Of a DNA stretch of 64,000 bases, positions 44,086-61,340 are shown piece by piece; position 1 is the first letter of the stretch; each line of letters opens with the position of its first letter. The position numbers and the translations under genes are program-made. The notes below the pieces were generated by a model that was not told the origin of the DNA, made no database searches, and was given only the letters and a program-made list of their open reading frames with translations. This stretch comes from the human T2T-CHM13v2.0 reference genome, Homo sapiens. Location: assembly GCF_009914755.1 (NCBI RefSeq), contig NC_060932.1; one strand, written 5' to 3'.

Positions 44086-46228
44086 TTTTGAGATAGCATT
44101 AAAGCTAGACAATCCTATCTCTTTGCTCCAAAAGCTAGTATTTTTTAGAAATCCCTTTCCCATTGGTTAGTTGTCCTTTTTGTTGCTCAGTAAAGAGAAA
44201 AAGAATAAGAGAAGAAAAAGGAGTAGGGGAGGAGGAGAAGGAGAAGGTTTTCTTTCTGGTAGCTAAGTAACAGTAACAAATTGAATGGCTATACAATGCC
44301 ACCTAAACAGAAACAGTATTTCTTCAGAAGGCTCATTCTAAAGAGGGGGGAAACTTGTCTCCAGAAAACCTCAGGAAACCTTTTCCTCAGATCTTATTTT
44401 TCTGAATGAGGTCTCATGCCCTGTGGTGAGGACATTTATATCAGTTCTCTTGGAGCTGAGGAAGCATTCAGTTTCCTTTGAAGTGCATGGACACTATTGG
44501 AGAGCTGAAGGAATTGGGCTAAACATACAGGCATTATCTGGAAAGAAGGAAGCAGGAAATGATGCTGGCAATTAATCTTTCCCCCTAAGCTATATTTTTA
44601 AAAATAAATCTTTATTTTGTAATACCAATACTTACTCTCCTTTGCATCTATTTCCTTCTGTTCTTCAGTGTCTTAAAGATCCCATCTACCTCATCTGGAC
44701 TAAAGAGACCCAGCAAAGGTTTGTTTGCTTTTTTGAAAGAATACTTGAACCAGAGTGCTAGAGAAAGAACAATGCAGTGCCAGCAAGATGATGGCAGAGA
44801 TCAGGGAGATGGTCAGGGCTGCTTGGTCAGCCACTCTTTCCTCATGACCTGGCGTTTCCTCTTGGTAATAGAGTATTTGTTTTACTTGCTTCCTCAGCAT
44901 ACAGTCATTCTTCTGCTAGTGACATCGCCCTTGCTTTTCATGGTTACTCGCCTCTCTCTATTCTCAGTCTACCTGGTTACCTAAGGGCTAACCCACTCGC
45001 AGGCACTAAAGGTTTGCACATAATGCAGGCATGGTTAAAGAAACATGTTTCTTTGGCCAGAATAATTAGCTTAGGGACAAGCAAAAATCCAAGCTTTACC
45101 AAACAGACCCAAGAAGTCAGCTCCAGGACCTCTTTTCACTGTATTCCCTGGCTCTGTGTGGCTTAGAAAAACCAGCAGCCACTGTGCAAGGAACTTCTCT
45201 GAATATAAAACTACACAGAAGAAAGCACAGCCGTCAAGCTAAGACAGAGAGTGCCTATCGACATCATTTGAACACCTGAATCTAGTTATACTTGAAATCA
45301 GCATCCTTCTGGACTTTTCAGTTATATGGCCTAACACATTGCCTTTGTTAGTCTAGAGTTCAGATTTTGACTCTTGCCATAGATTAACTGACCCAACACT
45401 GCAAAACTTTGGAAGTAAAAGTTTTATTTCATTAACTATATTTCCCTGTATTTATCATTTGACTTTCTTTCATTTTTCTTACCCTTCACTTATCTTTTCA
45501 CAACAAAATATTACTGAACAATGAAAGAGGAAATAGACAACCCCCTCCTGCATGCTTTCTGGATTTTCCCAACTAGAAATAATCTCTTTCCTTTATATTC
45601 CCATGAAACTTTATTCCACTAACATTTACCTTTCATTTGCTTTCTGATGTTATTGCTCTTTATTGCATGGTACTTTTAAAATCCCAGAAGCATTTCTTTT
45701 ATTAACTGTTTACCTAAAGTTCATAAAATAAACAAATAAGCAAATGTACTGAGCTGAAAATCCTATCTTAGATATCACTCAAAGTCTTCTTTGTCTTTTA
45801 AAATTCAAATAATGTTTATCTTTCATTTTATGACTAAAGAAATTTCAGAGACTTGCTTTGTTTTGGAAAAAACAGGAGAGAAATAAATTCAATAAGTAAA
45901 GAAACATTGAGTTATAAAGTACTAACCTTTATTATTATCTTACTAATACTTCTCCCTTTGACATTCACTCTGAAATATCTTTTAAATTACTTCTCATGTT
46001 CCTTTGGAGAGCACAGTCTTGAATTCTGCTAGATATCACTGCAAGGGTAATCTCTAAAGGTGAGAAGACCAGAGACAATTGGTCTTCTTGGGCAGCCCAT
46101 GGCAAAGTCAAGGGGAAAGCGTAACAGGTGGCAAAGGGCAGCTGATAATTTGTAATTGAGATGGAAAACACCAAAAGATATCACAAATAGGTTATGAGCA
46201 GAAGTCAAATTCAAAAAATAGTAGAAGC

Positions 46229-46534
<306 letters not shown>

Positions 46535-46731
46535 CTATAGTTAGCAATGCTATATTATACACTTAAAAACTGGCTAAGAAGATAGATTTCATGTCAGATG
46601 TTCTTAACACAACAAAATAAAATTTAAAAAAATAATAAATGTTAAAAGCGAATCATATGCCTGGCAGAGAACACTCCATAGAACTATGCTATTTTTAAAA
46701 GGCTCTCCCCATAGCCTCAGATACAGAACTG

Positions 46732-46740
46732 ATACATATG

Positions 46741-46772
<32 letters not shown>

Positions 46773-46846
46773 TATATATATATATGGAGATATATATATA
46801 TAGAGAGAGAGAGAGACAGAGACAGAGAGAGAGAGATCCAGAGAGA
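46732..46846. repeat. Compound (TA)n(CA)n(TA)n(GA)n microsatellite
   Basis: Read directly from the sequence. Confidence 0.9.
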
Positions 46847-47639
46847 GGCAAAATCTACAGACAAATTCAAAACTTCTAAATATAACCTATAAACTTTTTT
46901 TTTAACTTTATATTCATGAACGTATTTAAAAATTGCAAATATATACTTTCTATATTTACAGGCTCTGAGACAGAGTACCTCTCGTATCCCTTGCCATTCT
47001 AGGAACTAGATTTCATTATTTTCTTTATTTTACCAATGAGGAAAACTAAAACACAGGATAGTTGTTCCTTCTACAACATTACTTGTCCAAGAAAGAAGCG
47101 AGAAATAGAACTAAAACTGAAGTCTTTTGGCATTAAAATTATGTTGTCCAAGACAATAGCTTCTATTGCCTAAATTTCAACTCAGAAGAATAATGCATAA
47201 TACAATATTTATGTGTTTCTTGACACCTCAAACATAGGAAATGTTGAGAATCAATGCTTCAAACTGATCACAAAGAGGCATGAGAAAGGTGAGTGTGAGG
47301 AAGGCCGGCTGGAACAGTAAGGGTTAAGAGGCTTTCTCTGTGTTACATTCCAATCTTTCAATACTAGAGCATTGTGAATGTTATCTATTCCTTCACTTTT
47401 TTCTCTATATTTTTTCTTTCTGATGGTTTGAATAAACTGGCACTAATTTAAAAAGCTAGACAAGATTATACTGTATTGGACAAACTAGCTCCTGTAGGAA
47501 AAGCTTAAGTTTCTTTCATTAAAGCAGGCATATTTAAAGAAGAAAGAAATGCTTATAAATTGAAAACTCAATGGACGAAATTAGAGAACCAGTCAGTTGT
47601 GTTTTAACAGCAATTTGCTTCTTTAAAAAAAAAAAACAA

Positions 47640-47770
47640 GATAGTTCCAGCTAATGGGAGGCTGAGGTAGGAAGACTGAGGCCAGGAACTTGAGACTGTA
47701 GTGCGCTATGATCACACTTGTGAATAGCCACTGCCCTCCAGCCTGGGCAACATAGTGAGACCCTATCTCT

Positions 47771-47773
<3 letters not shown>
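47640..47773 (+). mobile_element. FAM (fossil Alu monomer)
   Basis: 7SL-like ctgtagtgcgctatgatc...gtgaatagccactg. Confidence 0.8.

Positions 47774-47812
<39 letters not shown>
47774..47812 (+). repeat. (ATC)13 microsatellite
   Basis: 13 perfect units forming the FAM tail. Confidence 0.95.
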
Positions 47813-47813
<1 letters not shown>

Positions 47814-48394
47814 AGGGGTGTTTTCTGAGAAATCTTATGAACAGACAAAGATTTTGTTGAAGTAATTCGGAACTCTAATTTATGACATTTATACTCTCCA
47901 AAACACAATAGAACTGAATTCTGTTTTGCTTCCTCTTTATATACATGTTGACTCATCTCTCTTCCTCTACCTGAAAAGAATTTTAACACATCGGTCTACC
48001 TGACATTTCAGATTCCTACTTTGCTTTGTGAGAAAAACAAAAACTCTTCTGACATACTGACTGAGTAAACTGTGTAGGAAGGAAGAAATCTGTCAGCTTC
48101 CATTTGGGGGAAAAGGACCAAAGATACCTATTAAGGACATGCAAGAGAAAAAAAAGAAGTAAAAAGATGTAGAAAACATTTAAAGACTTTGGGAAGAGAT
48201 GACAATAAAACCGGCACCACCAATTTATACTTAACATTTACACATTGGCTCTGTCTGGCTGATTATCCATATGAGTAGCCTGTCTTCCCAGCTGGGCTGT
48301 GACTTTCTTTCAACTTCAGCACCTAGCTAAAAGGCCTTTAACTGCATTGACTGTCAAAAATCTTTGACTCTCATTAAAAACAAAATGGATATTT

Positions 48395-48445
48395 GAGAAG
48401 AAGAAGAGGAGGAGGAGGAGGAGGAAGAGGAGGAGGAGGAGGAGA
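48395..48445 (+). repeat. (GAG/GAA)n tract
   Basis: Read directly from the sequence. Confidence 0.85.
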
Positions 48446-50972
48446 AATAAGAAGCCCAAAGGCAAGCTCTCTTCCTGTCTTAACTAAAAAGGGAATCATC
48501 TCACAAGAACACAAAAAAAAAAAGAGAAGAAAAGTCATTGCTTTGGGGGAGGTGAGGAAAGTAGTATAGAGATGATAACTGACTCTACGTTAGGAAATGG
48601 AGAAAATCCATAAATTATGTGAATAGCAGGACCTTAGAGAAAATGGAAAGGTTTTCTACATGCTAGGGGGCAAGATAGTGAGATCTCTTGGCCTTCAAGG
48701 GTGAAGATCTTTCTGAACACCAGTCAGTTGAGCAGTAACCACTGTGTATCAATGAAAGATGGGGCTTCATGTGCTATGTTGCTTATACAACAATCAGAGC
48801 CTTTGCAGGACTTTATCATAAGAGACAGTTACATGGTTTTCTAAGACTTAATTTTTCCATCAGCCTGGATGGGAGGGGGCTTTGGTTGAATTAAATTGAC
48901 TCAAAGGAAACATCTCTTGCACAGAAATATTGTGAAGTTAAAAGTATAGCTGCTTTATACTTCCAGTGTCTGAGGCCATTTATGACATCAAGGAGAAATA
49001 CATTTTATAATAAAGTTTACCTTTGTTATTGTTTGGAAAAGTTAAAAAAGTATATAATGAATATGACCTATTGTTACCAATCAGAAATTGCCACTTTTGG
49101 CATTCTGGTTAATTATATTTTTCACTGCTCCATCATTTATATGAAAGATCTAAAAATGTTGAACAAATTGGATATAGAAGAAATGTAGCTCAAAACAATA
49201 AAGGTCATATATGACAAACCCACAGCTAACATGATACTAAATGGGGAAAAGCTGGAAGCCTTTCCTCTAAAATCTGGAACAACACAAGGCTGCCCACTTT
49301 AGCCACTTTTATTAAACATATTACTAGAAGTCCTGGTCAGAGCCATCAGAGATGAGACGGAAATAAAGGGCACCCAAATTACAAAGGAATAAGTGAGATT
49401 AGCCTTGTTCACAGAAAACTTGATTGTATTCTTAAAAAACCCTAGAGACTCTGCCATAAAAGGTTAGAATGAAAACTGATAAACAAATTCAGTAAAGATG
49501 CAGGATACAAAATAAACATATAAAAATCAGTAACATTTGGGTACACCAATAGCACATCCTCTGAAAAAGAAATTAAGAAAGCAATCTCATTTACATTAAC
49601 TTCAAAAAATATAAAATACTTATGAATAAATTTAACCAAAGAAGTTAAAGATGTCTACAAAGAAAACTATAAAAGTCTGATAAAAGAAATAGAAGAGGGC
49701 AGAAAAAATAAAAAGATATCTGTATTCATGGATTGGGAGAATTGATATTGTTAAAATGCCAGTACAACCCAAAGTGTTCTACAGATTCAATGTAATCTCT
49801 ATCAAAATACCATGACATTTTTCATAGAATTAGAAAAAAATTTCTAAAATTTATATGGAATCACAGAAGACCCATAAGAGCCAAAGCAATCCTGAGCAAA
49901 AAGAACAAAGCTGGAGTTGTAGTGCTAACTTGACTTTAAAATATATACAGAGCTATAGAAACCCAAACAGCATGGTACCAGCCTAAAAAGAGACACATAG
50001 ACCAATGAAACAAAACAGATAAATCTACACATTTACAGCCAACTAATTTATGACAACAGTGCCAAGAACAAGCATTGGGGAAAAATGAGTGTCTTCAATA
50101 AATGGTGCTCTGAAAACTAGAAAACTATATGCAGAACTAAACCATATCCCTATCTCTTTCCATATGCAATTTTTGCCTGCCATGTCCAAAAGCAAATCAA
50201 AATGGATTAAAGGCTTTAAGACCTAAAATATAAACTACTGGAAGTAAACAGTGCAGAAATACTCTAGAACATGAGTCTGGGCAAAGAATCTTTGTGTAAT
50301 ACCTGAAAAGCAGAGGCAACAAAAGCAAAAATAGAGAAATGGGATTATATCAAGCTAAATAGCTTATGCACAGCAAAGGAAACAATTGAGAAAATGGAGA
50401 CATAACCCACAGAATCGGAGGAAATATTTTCAACCTATCCATCTGACATAGGATTAGGAACCAGAATATATGAGAAACTCAACTCAACAGCAAAAAAACC
50501 CTAACCCAATTAAAAAATGGGCAAAAGATCTGAGAAGACATTTCTGAAAAGAAAACATACAAATGGCCAACAGGTATATAAAAAAATGCTCAACATCACT
50601 AATTATCAGAGAAATGCAAACCAAAATCACAATAAGATATCATCTCACCCCATAAAAATGGCTTTTATCAAAATGACGGGCAATAAAGAGTGCCGGTGAA
50701 GATATGAAGCAAGGAGAATTCCTGTACACTATTGGCAGGAATGTAAATTAATACAGCCAGTTAGGAAAACAGTATGGAGGTTTCTCAATAAATCATATGA
50801 TCCAGCAATCTCATTATTGAGTTTATATCCAAAAGAAAGGAAATAAATATATCAAAGAGATATCTGCACTCCCATGTTTATTGGAACGTTCACAATAGCC
50901 AAAATATGGAATCCACCTAAGCACCCATCAATGATTGAATGGATAAAGAAGATGTAGTAAATAAATATACAC

Positions 50973-53931
<2,959 letters not shown>

Positions 53932-55554
53932 ATATACACAATGGAATATTATTGAGCCATAAAAAGAGTAAAATCCCATCATTTGCAGAAACATGGATGG
54001 AGCTGTAGGCCATTATGTTAACTAGAGGTCTATTAATTAGAGACCATCAGGTTAAGTGAAATAAGCCAGGCACACAAAGATGAATATCTCATGTTCTTAC
54101 TCATATGTGCAAACTAAGAAAGAAATGGGTTTCTAGAAGATAGAGAGTAGACTGGTGGTTACCAGAGGCCTAGAAAAATGGGTGAAAGAGAGGGAGAAAG
54201 AGTGGTGGATTAATGGGTATAAAAATAAAGTTAGATATAAGAAATAAGACTTAGTGTTTCATAAATCAGTAGAATGACTACAGCAAACAATAATCTATTG
54301 TATATCTCAAAATAGCTATTAGAGAATAATTCAAATGTTCCCAGCATAAAGAAGAGATAAATGTTTAGGGTGGTGGATATTCCAATTATCCTGCATTGAT
54401 TGTTATATATTACATAAATGTATCAAAATATCACAACGTATCCTGAAAATATGTACATCCCTTCTGTATCAACAAAAAACACAAAATAAAAAAGAAATAT
54501 AGCTAAGAAAACAATAGAGAAAGAAAATGTAATATTTAAAATTTGACTAACTTAAAAAAATCACTAATGGAAAATAAATAGCAAGATAGTCAGCTTAAAA
54601 CATATCATACCAATAATTATATGTAGTGTAAATGAAATTAACACTCAAAATCATAAAGAAGCAAGATCCAACTATAAGTTGTCTAAAAAAGATGCATATT
54701 AAATGCAAATACACAATTACAGTGAAAGTAAAAGAATGAAAAAAGCTATCTTGTATTAACAGTAAAGAGAAGAAAGCTGGTATTACTATATTAATACTTA
54801 CATTAATAACAATATGAGATGTAGAGGTAAACATGAACATTATCTAATTATGAAAGGGGCAATTCATGAGTAAGACATATACACTGTAATCTTCAAATGA
54901 ATGGAACAAAAACTGACACAACTAAAGAAAGATATTCACAGTGTAGTAGGAAAATGTAACACTCCTTTCTTAATAATTGACAGAAGAAGTAGACAAAAAA
55001 ATTGTAAGAAAATAGAACATCTCATCAATGTTTCATCAATGTTATTAACTAGCTTGACATTATTGTTATTAACACTACACCAAGCAACTGTGTAATATAT
55101 ATACTTTTCAGGCGCACACAGAACATTCTCCAACATAGAAAATACACTAGAATATGTAATAAGTCTCAAAATTATAAAATGAATTAAATTAGAAATTAAT
55201 AACAAGGAGATATCTAGAAAAAGGTGCAAATATTTGGAAAATAGCCTATGGTTCAAAGAAAAGGAAGTTTAAAAATATTTTGAACTGAATGATAATAACA
55301 TAACATCAAAATATGTGGGATACAGCTGAAGTAGTGCTCAAAGGTAAACATATACCTTTAAAGGTGCATACTAAAAAAGAAAAAAGGTTCAATCAGTTGT
55401 CTAAACGACTACCTTAAGCTAAGAAAGTAATTAAACTCAAAGCATTTAGAAGGAAAGAAATAAAAAAGAGAATAACAGAAATCAATATAATAGAAAACAA
55501 CAGAAAAAAGACTAACGTTTTTTAAAAGATTAATAAAATTGGCTTAAAAATCCG

Positions 55555-55775
55555 TTACTGAACTTATGAACACAAAGAAGGAAGCAACAGACACGAGGGT
55601 CTACCTGAGGAGAGAGGGTGGGAGGAGGGAGAGGAGCAGAAAAGGTAATTATTGGGTACGGGGCTTAATACCTGGGTGATGAAATAATATGTACAACAGC
55701 CCCCTGTGACACGTGTTCATTTATGTAACAAAGTTTCTCACGTACCCCTAAACCTAAAATAAAAGTTAAAAAAAA
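55555..55775 (+). mobile_element. Old L1PA 3' end
   Basis: gaacttatgaacacaaagaaggaagcaacagacac...aacctaaaataaaagttaaaaaaa. Confidence 0.85.
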
Positions 55776-56133
55776 CCTTAGTAATGTTAATCAGGTAAAA
55801 GAAGACACAAAGCATTAATATTGGGAAAAAAAGAGGGTATATCACTACAGGTCTTAAAGGCATTTAAGTTATAACAGGGAATTGTTAACATATTTAAAAG
55901 AATACATTTAATAATTTAGAGAAGTAGAAAAATTCTTTGAAAAATATAATATCAAAACAAGAAATAGAACATGGGAATAGCTTTACATGTAGTCATTAAA
56001 TTAAATTAATAATCAAAAAGCTTTCCACAAAGAAAACTCTATATTTGGATGGTTTCAGAGGGTGAATTCTATGAAACACTTAAGAAGGAAATAATGCCAA
56101 CCTTCCACAAATCATTCCAGAAAATACAGAAGG

Positions 56134-56969
56134 TGTACCCCAGAGAAATAGAATCAATAGAATATATAGATAGATAAATAGCTACATGTAGTCATGTGTC
56201 ACTTAGTGGTAGGAATATGTTCTAAGAAATGTGTCATTAGGTGATTTTGTCCTTGTGTGAACATCATAGAGTTGACTTACACTAACCTAGCTGGTATAGC
56301 CTACTACACACCTAGGCTAGATGGTGTGGCCTATTGCTCCTAGGCTACAAACCTGTACAGCAAGTTACTGTACTGAATACTGTAGGTAATTGTAATACAA
56401 TGGTAAGTGTGTATGTATACATGGAAAAGATACAGTAAAAATGTGGTCTAAAAGATTTTTAAAATGGTACACCTGTGTAGGGCATTTACCATGAATGAAG
56501 CTTGCAGTGATGGAAGTTGCTTTGGTTGAGTCATACGGGGAGTGGTGAGTGAATGTGAAAGCCTAGGACATTACTGTCCACTACTGTAGACTTTATAAAC
56601 ATTGTACATTAAGCTAAATTGATTCAAAATTCTTTTCTTCAGTAATAAATTAACCTTAGCTTATTGTAAGTTAACTTACAATAACTCCAATGACTATGGG
56701 CAGGAGAAGATGGCTGTCTCTATTCTGACAAACAGAGAATTCGCCCTTCCTCCACTTTTTGTTCTATTCAGGCCCTTGGTGGATTGGATGATATGCGCCC
56801 ACTTTGAGAACGGCTATCTGCTTTACTCAGTCCACCAATTTAAATGCTAGTCTCTTCCAGAAACACTCCCATATTGTTTCTAGGTGTGTCTACACATAGA
56901 AATAATGTCTACCAGCTATCTGGGCATTCCTTAGCTCAGTCAAGCTGACACATAATATTAACCATCCCA
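56134..56969 (-). mobile_element. MLT2 (ERVL) solo LTR, internally deleted
   Basis: tg...ccagagaaatagaatcaatag and cagtcaagctgacacataatattaaccatccca; TSD gaagg at 56129-56133 and 56970-56974. Confidence 0.8.
56190..56680 (+). mobile_element. Tigger3/MER7 fragment nested in MLT2
   Basis: agtcatgtgtcactta...gttctaagaaatg...gcctactacacacctaggcta. Confidence 0.85.
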
Positions 56970-57665
56970 GAAGGTGGGAATAATTTCCAACTTATTTATC
57001 TTAATCCTGAAATGCTGAAAAAGGCATTGCAATATAGTTAAATTACAGAAAAATATTCCTCATGAGAATACACAAAAGTCTTCAACAAAATATTAGCAAA
57101 CTGAATCTAATAACATAAATAATGAATAATAATACATTATTATCAAATGAAGTTTATCCCAGGAATGCAACTTGAGTAAACTTTCAAAAAATGTACGTAT
57201 TTCAATGTGATTCAAAATAAAATGAAACAAATTGACAAAAAATCAGCACCTATTTGTCATAAAATCTATGAATAAATCAGGAAGAGAAGGCACTCTCTTA
57301 ATGTGATAAAGGACAGCATGAAGAAACTACAACTCATATCATACTTAAGGACATGCTTACTGATATACCTAAAGATACACTTTATCTGAGCTCAGGAAAA
57401 AGCAAGGATGTCACTTTGTCTCATCTTCTCATTACTATAATGCAATTTCTGGCCACTGTAATAAGGAAAGAAAAAGAAATAAAAGACCTAAACATTGGAA
57501 AGAAGTAAAACTGTCTCTATTTGCAGATAACATGATACTGTAGATAGAAAATCCAATGTATAAAAAAGGTACTAGAACTAACAAGTTAATTTCCAAACAC
57601 AAAGTCAATATACAAGAGAAATTGCATTTCCATATATAAGCAGCAAATAATTAAAAATGAAATTA

Positions 57666-57965
<300 letters not shown>

Positions 57966-59559
57966 CAGAAAAGAAAATGAAATTTTAAAAAATACTATTC
58001 ACAATAGTATTAAAAAATAGGGTCTTATGGCCTTGATGTAGACAGGATATAAGTACAAACCACAAAAGAAAAAAAAATTATCACAGCCTATAGGCAGTAG
58101 GGAAATAACTTGATCTCTATGGCTCAGCAGAGAATGCTTAAAATATCCTCTTACCTCACTGCAGTGGCTCCTTTGTTGTATAAGAGTTTGCACTATGGGC
58201 AAAACACAGAGCTTTCTCCTAATTCTGAATGGATCAAAATGCTGCTAATCCTCAGAAGAAAGTGCAAGTCGTCTGTGGCCCTTTTAGCCCCTTAGTCAAT
58301 CCTCGCCTCTGCTCTTGCTTCTCTGAATTAAAGAGTGTCATCAGGAATAATCAAGCCATTCTCCCTAAAATCCAGGAAGATGCTTTGTCAGTAGAGAGGG
58401 AGTCAAATGTCATGTTTTGAATCCTTGTCCTTTGAATCCGTACTTTTTGGAGGCTACTCTGTGCTTAAGCACTATGTTAGTGTTGGGAATATTATCTGAA
58501 ACAGGATGTAGCCCCTTACTTACATTTGGGTGGCAGAGAAGAACACAGGCAAATGCAATCATCAAATATTATGGAGGCATGAGCAGAACATGATAATATA
58601 AGAGTACTTAGAAAAAGTGGGGTGTAAGGGATGTAAGTTGTAAGCTCAATCTAGACAGATGATGGTGGATAGATGAAGCATATTTATTTGCCCTGCACTG
58701 GTAAATATGGCATGCGGATGACCCATTCTGGTTTTCTGTGTAGATTTGTATGCGTTGGCAGAATATATTCGTTATTTAAGAAACAGTCTCATTCTTGTAT
58801 CTCTTCCTAAAGACATTTAAAAATGCTATTTAAATTTTAGTACAAAAAAGTCTTTACCAACTGTTATTTAGATAGGCAAAAAAAATGTATTTCTTCTCAT
58901 TAATGTCTTCTGTTAAAAAATATGATGTGAATAGTCTTAGTGATGCTTCACTTTTGTTTACTCCTTTCTTTTGTGGCTTTGACCTCCTGTCTTAATAAAT
59001 ATGCAGTATTTTGGTGTTTCAAGATTCATTGCTCAATAATAAATGCTAAAAGAAAACAACAAATACACAATAGAATATTATGATTGCCCTATGTGACCAA
59101 TAACTTCCTAGCATCTCTCAAAGTAAGTAATTATTCTGTCCTTTCTTATAAATGGGAGTTCTTTCATGCACAAGTTAAAGAGAATTGAGGAAATTTATGT
59201 TTATTACCTATTCCAAACCATGCTTCTTCCTCCAAATGATTCCACATCAAATCTTGTTTCAGCAGAATTCAAAATCTTTCTGAATTATAATGCCTAGCAG
59301 TACAAAACTTCATCTCTACCTTGGGGAGATAGCTGTTATAAAATCTTCACCATTCTTTGGAAGAGAGTGTGCGGTAAAGAACACACCTATCTATTGAACA
59401 CTTATTTATTGTAGGTACCAGTACTGTTCTGAAAATATAGTGGTGAATGAGGCTGACACAACCCTTGCTCTCATGGAACATACATTCTAGTTGACAGAGG
59501 CAATATTTAAAAAACAATTGGAAATCAAATAAATGGGTAAATAGATTTTTGTCTGAATC

Positions 59560-60500
59560 TATCTTCTGGGCACACATTTGTCTTATTAAGGGACCTAATA
59601 TACCCACTATTTTCCAGTAATCAGATCCCACTAGCATGATGTCATCAGTGTAGTTGTCCAGAATAAAACCTGGGGATGGTGACATAATCAAGGAGCCTCT
59701 GGATTACATATTATGGAACAGAACCAAAGAGTAGATCTTTCCCTTAGACAAGACAGTGAATTATACTGCTCTGCTTCTATGTCAAGTGAAGGTGAAAGCA
59801 AACACCTTCTGGAGTTCTGCATTTATGGATACAATGAAAAACACACCTGGAAAATAAATAGCTGCATATTGGATGCTAGAGGCTGTCTTGAGTTGTTCCA
59901 GTAATGAGGTCACCTTTAAAAATCAACTGCAATTGGAATAATCACTTAATTAGGCTTTTGAGAATCCTCTTTTTCCCAGGATGCATATAGCTTGTGCATA
60001 AATTAAACAGGTGAGTTAAATGGGATATGTGATTGCAGTCAGTATTCTTCTATCTTTCATGTATTTGGTGGTGAAACTTTTCTCTGTAATTCCCCAGGGT
60101 TGTGATATTATTAGGGAGGTTGAAATCTAGAAGGTTTTTCTTTTTTTCTCCCTTGACACAGCATTCATGGACAATGTCAGAAGCTAATACCAGTTGCTAA
60201 GTATATCTATTCCAACTCTTCACTCAGGGAGTGGGAAATTAGCATAGGATGAGTTTGCAGAACCACTGGGCCCAGTATAACACTGACTCAGCACAGACTT
60301 TCTATTTATGACCTTCCAATAGATCACAGTGGCATTCTGGGTCAGAATCAGAACAAAATAACCCTCAGAAAAGTCTGGGTACTTCGCTTTTCTGAGATAT
60401 AGTTATCGTGGTCAATAACCACAAGTCCTTTGGGGTAAGATCTGGAGAAGAAATTTACTTGTAATGCAAGACACCTCTATGAATATATCCATACTCCAGG
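59560..60500 (-). mobile_element. ERVL internal remnant (protease/RT)
   Basis: ORF 59347..59691 contains YTDDIMLVG, resembling ERVL RT YIDDIMLIG. Confidence 0.65.
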
Positions 60501-60644
60501 GACCTATCTTAGGTCTGGAATTTATTTTTATTTTTTATTTTAATTTCAATAAAACCTATTGAAATTAAACTTGTGTTTGGTTACATGAATAAGTTCTTTA
60601 GGGTGATTTCTGCGATTTTGGAGCACCCATCACCCAAGCAGTGT

Positions 60645-60996
60645 TGTATTAGTCTGTTTTCATGCTGCTGATAAAGATATACCTGATAATTGGAAGAAAA
60701 ATATGTTTAATTGACTCACAATTCAACGTGGCTAGGGAGGCCTCACAATCATGGGAGAAGGCAAAAAGCACTTCTTACAGGGTGGCAGCAAGAGAGAATG
60801 AGAAATAAGTGAAAGCAGAAACCCCTTATAAAACCATCAGCTCTAGTGAGCTGTATTCACTACCCTAAGAATAGTATGGGGAAAACTGCCCCCATGATTC
60901 AATCATCTCCCACCAGTCCCCTTCCACAACACGAGAATCATGGGAGCTACAATAAAAGGTGAGATTTTGGTGGGGACACAGAGCCAAACCATGTCA
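60645..60996 (-). mobile_element. THE1 (MaLR) solo LTR inserted in the L1PB 3'UTR
   Basis: tgtattagtctgttttcatgctgctgataaag...gccaaaccatgtca; TSD ag(t/a)gt. Confidence 0.9.
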
Positions 60997-61249
60997 AGAG
61001 TACACTGTACCCAATGTTTATTCTTTTAGCCCTCACTACTCTTCCCACCTTCCCCTGAGTCTCTAAAGTCCAATGTATCATTCTTTGCCTTTATGGCCTC
61101 GTAGCTGAGCTCCCACATGTGAATGAGAATGTACAATGTTTGGTTTTCCATTCCTGAGTTACTTCACTTAGAATAATAGTCTCCAATTCCATCCAGGCTG
61201 CTACAAATGCCATTATTTCATTCCTTTTTATGGCTGACTAGTATTACAT

Positions 61250-61251
61250 GA

Positions 61252-61286
<35 letters not shown>

Positions 61287-61340
61287 ATGTGTATGTGTGT
61301 GTGTATATATATATACATATATATATATATGTATATATAT
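61250..61340. repeat. (TG)n(TA)n microsatellite in L1
   Basis: Read directly from the sequence. Confidence 0.9.

Larger units (their letters stand above)
54560..57660 (+). mobile_element. Old L1M ORF2 with nested insertions
   Basis: Endonuclease and RT-region motifs; interrupted by L1PA, MLT2 and Tigger3. Confidence 0.75.

Noticed and set aside
47640-47773. 7SL RNA gene or pseudogene
   Set aside because: Most of the S domain is absent; fits FAM.
47623-47989. Poly-Met and poly-Asp ORFs
   Set aside because: Produced by (ATC)13 plus FAM.
59347-59691. 114-aa ORF with RT-like YTDD motif
   Set aside because: Chimeric reading across an ERVL remnant and an L2 fragment; not an intact RT.
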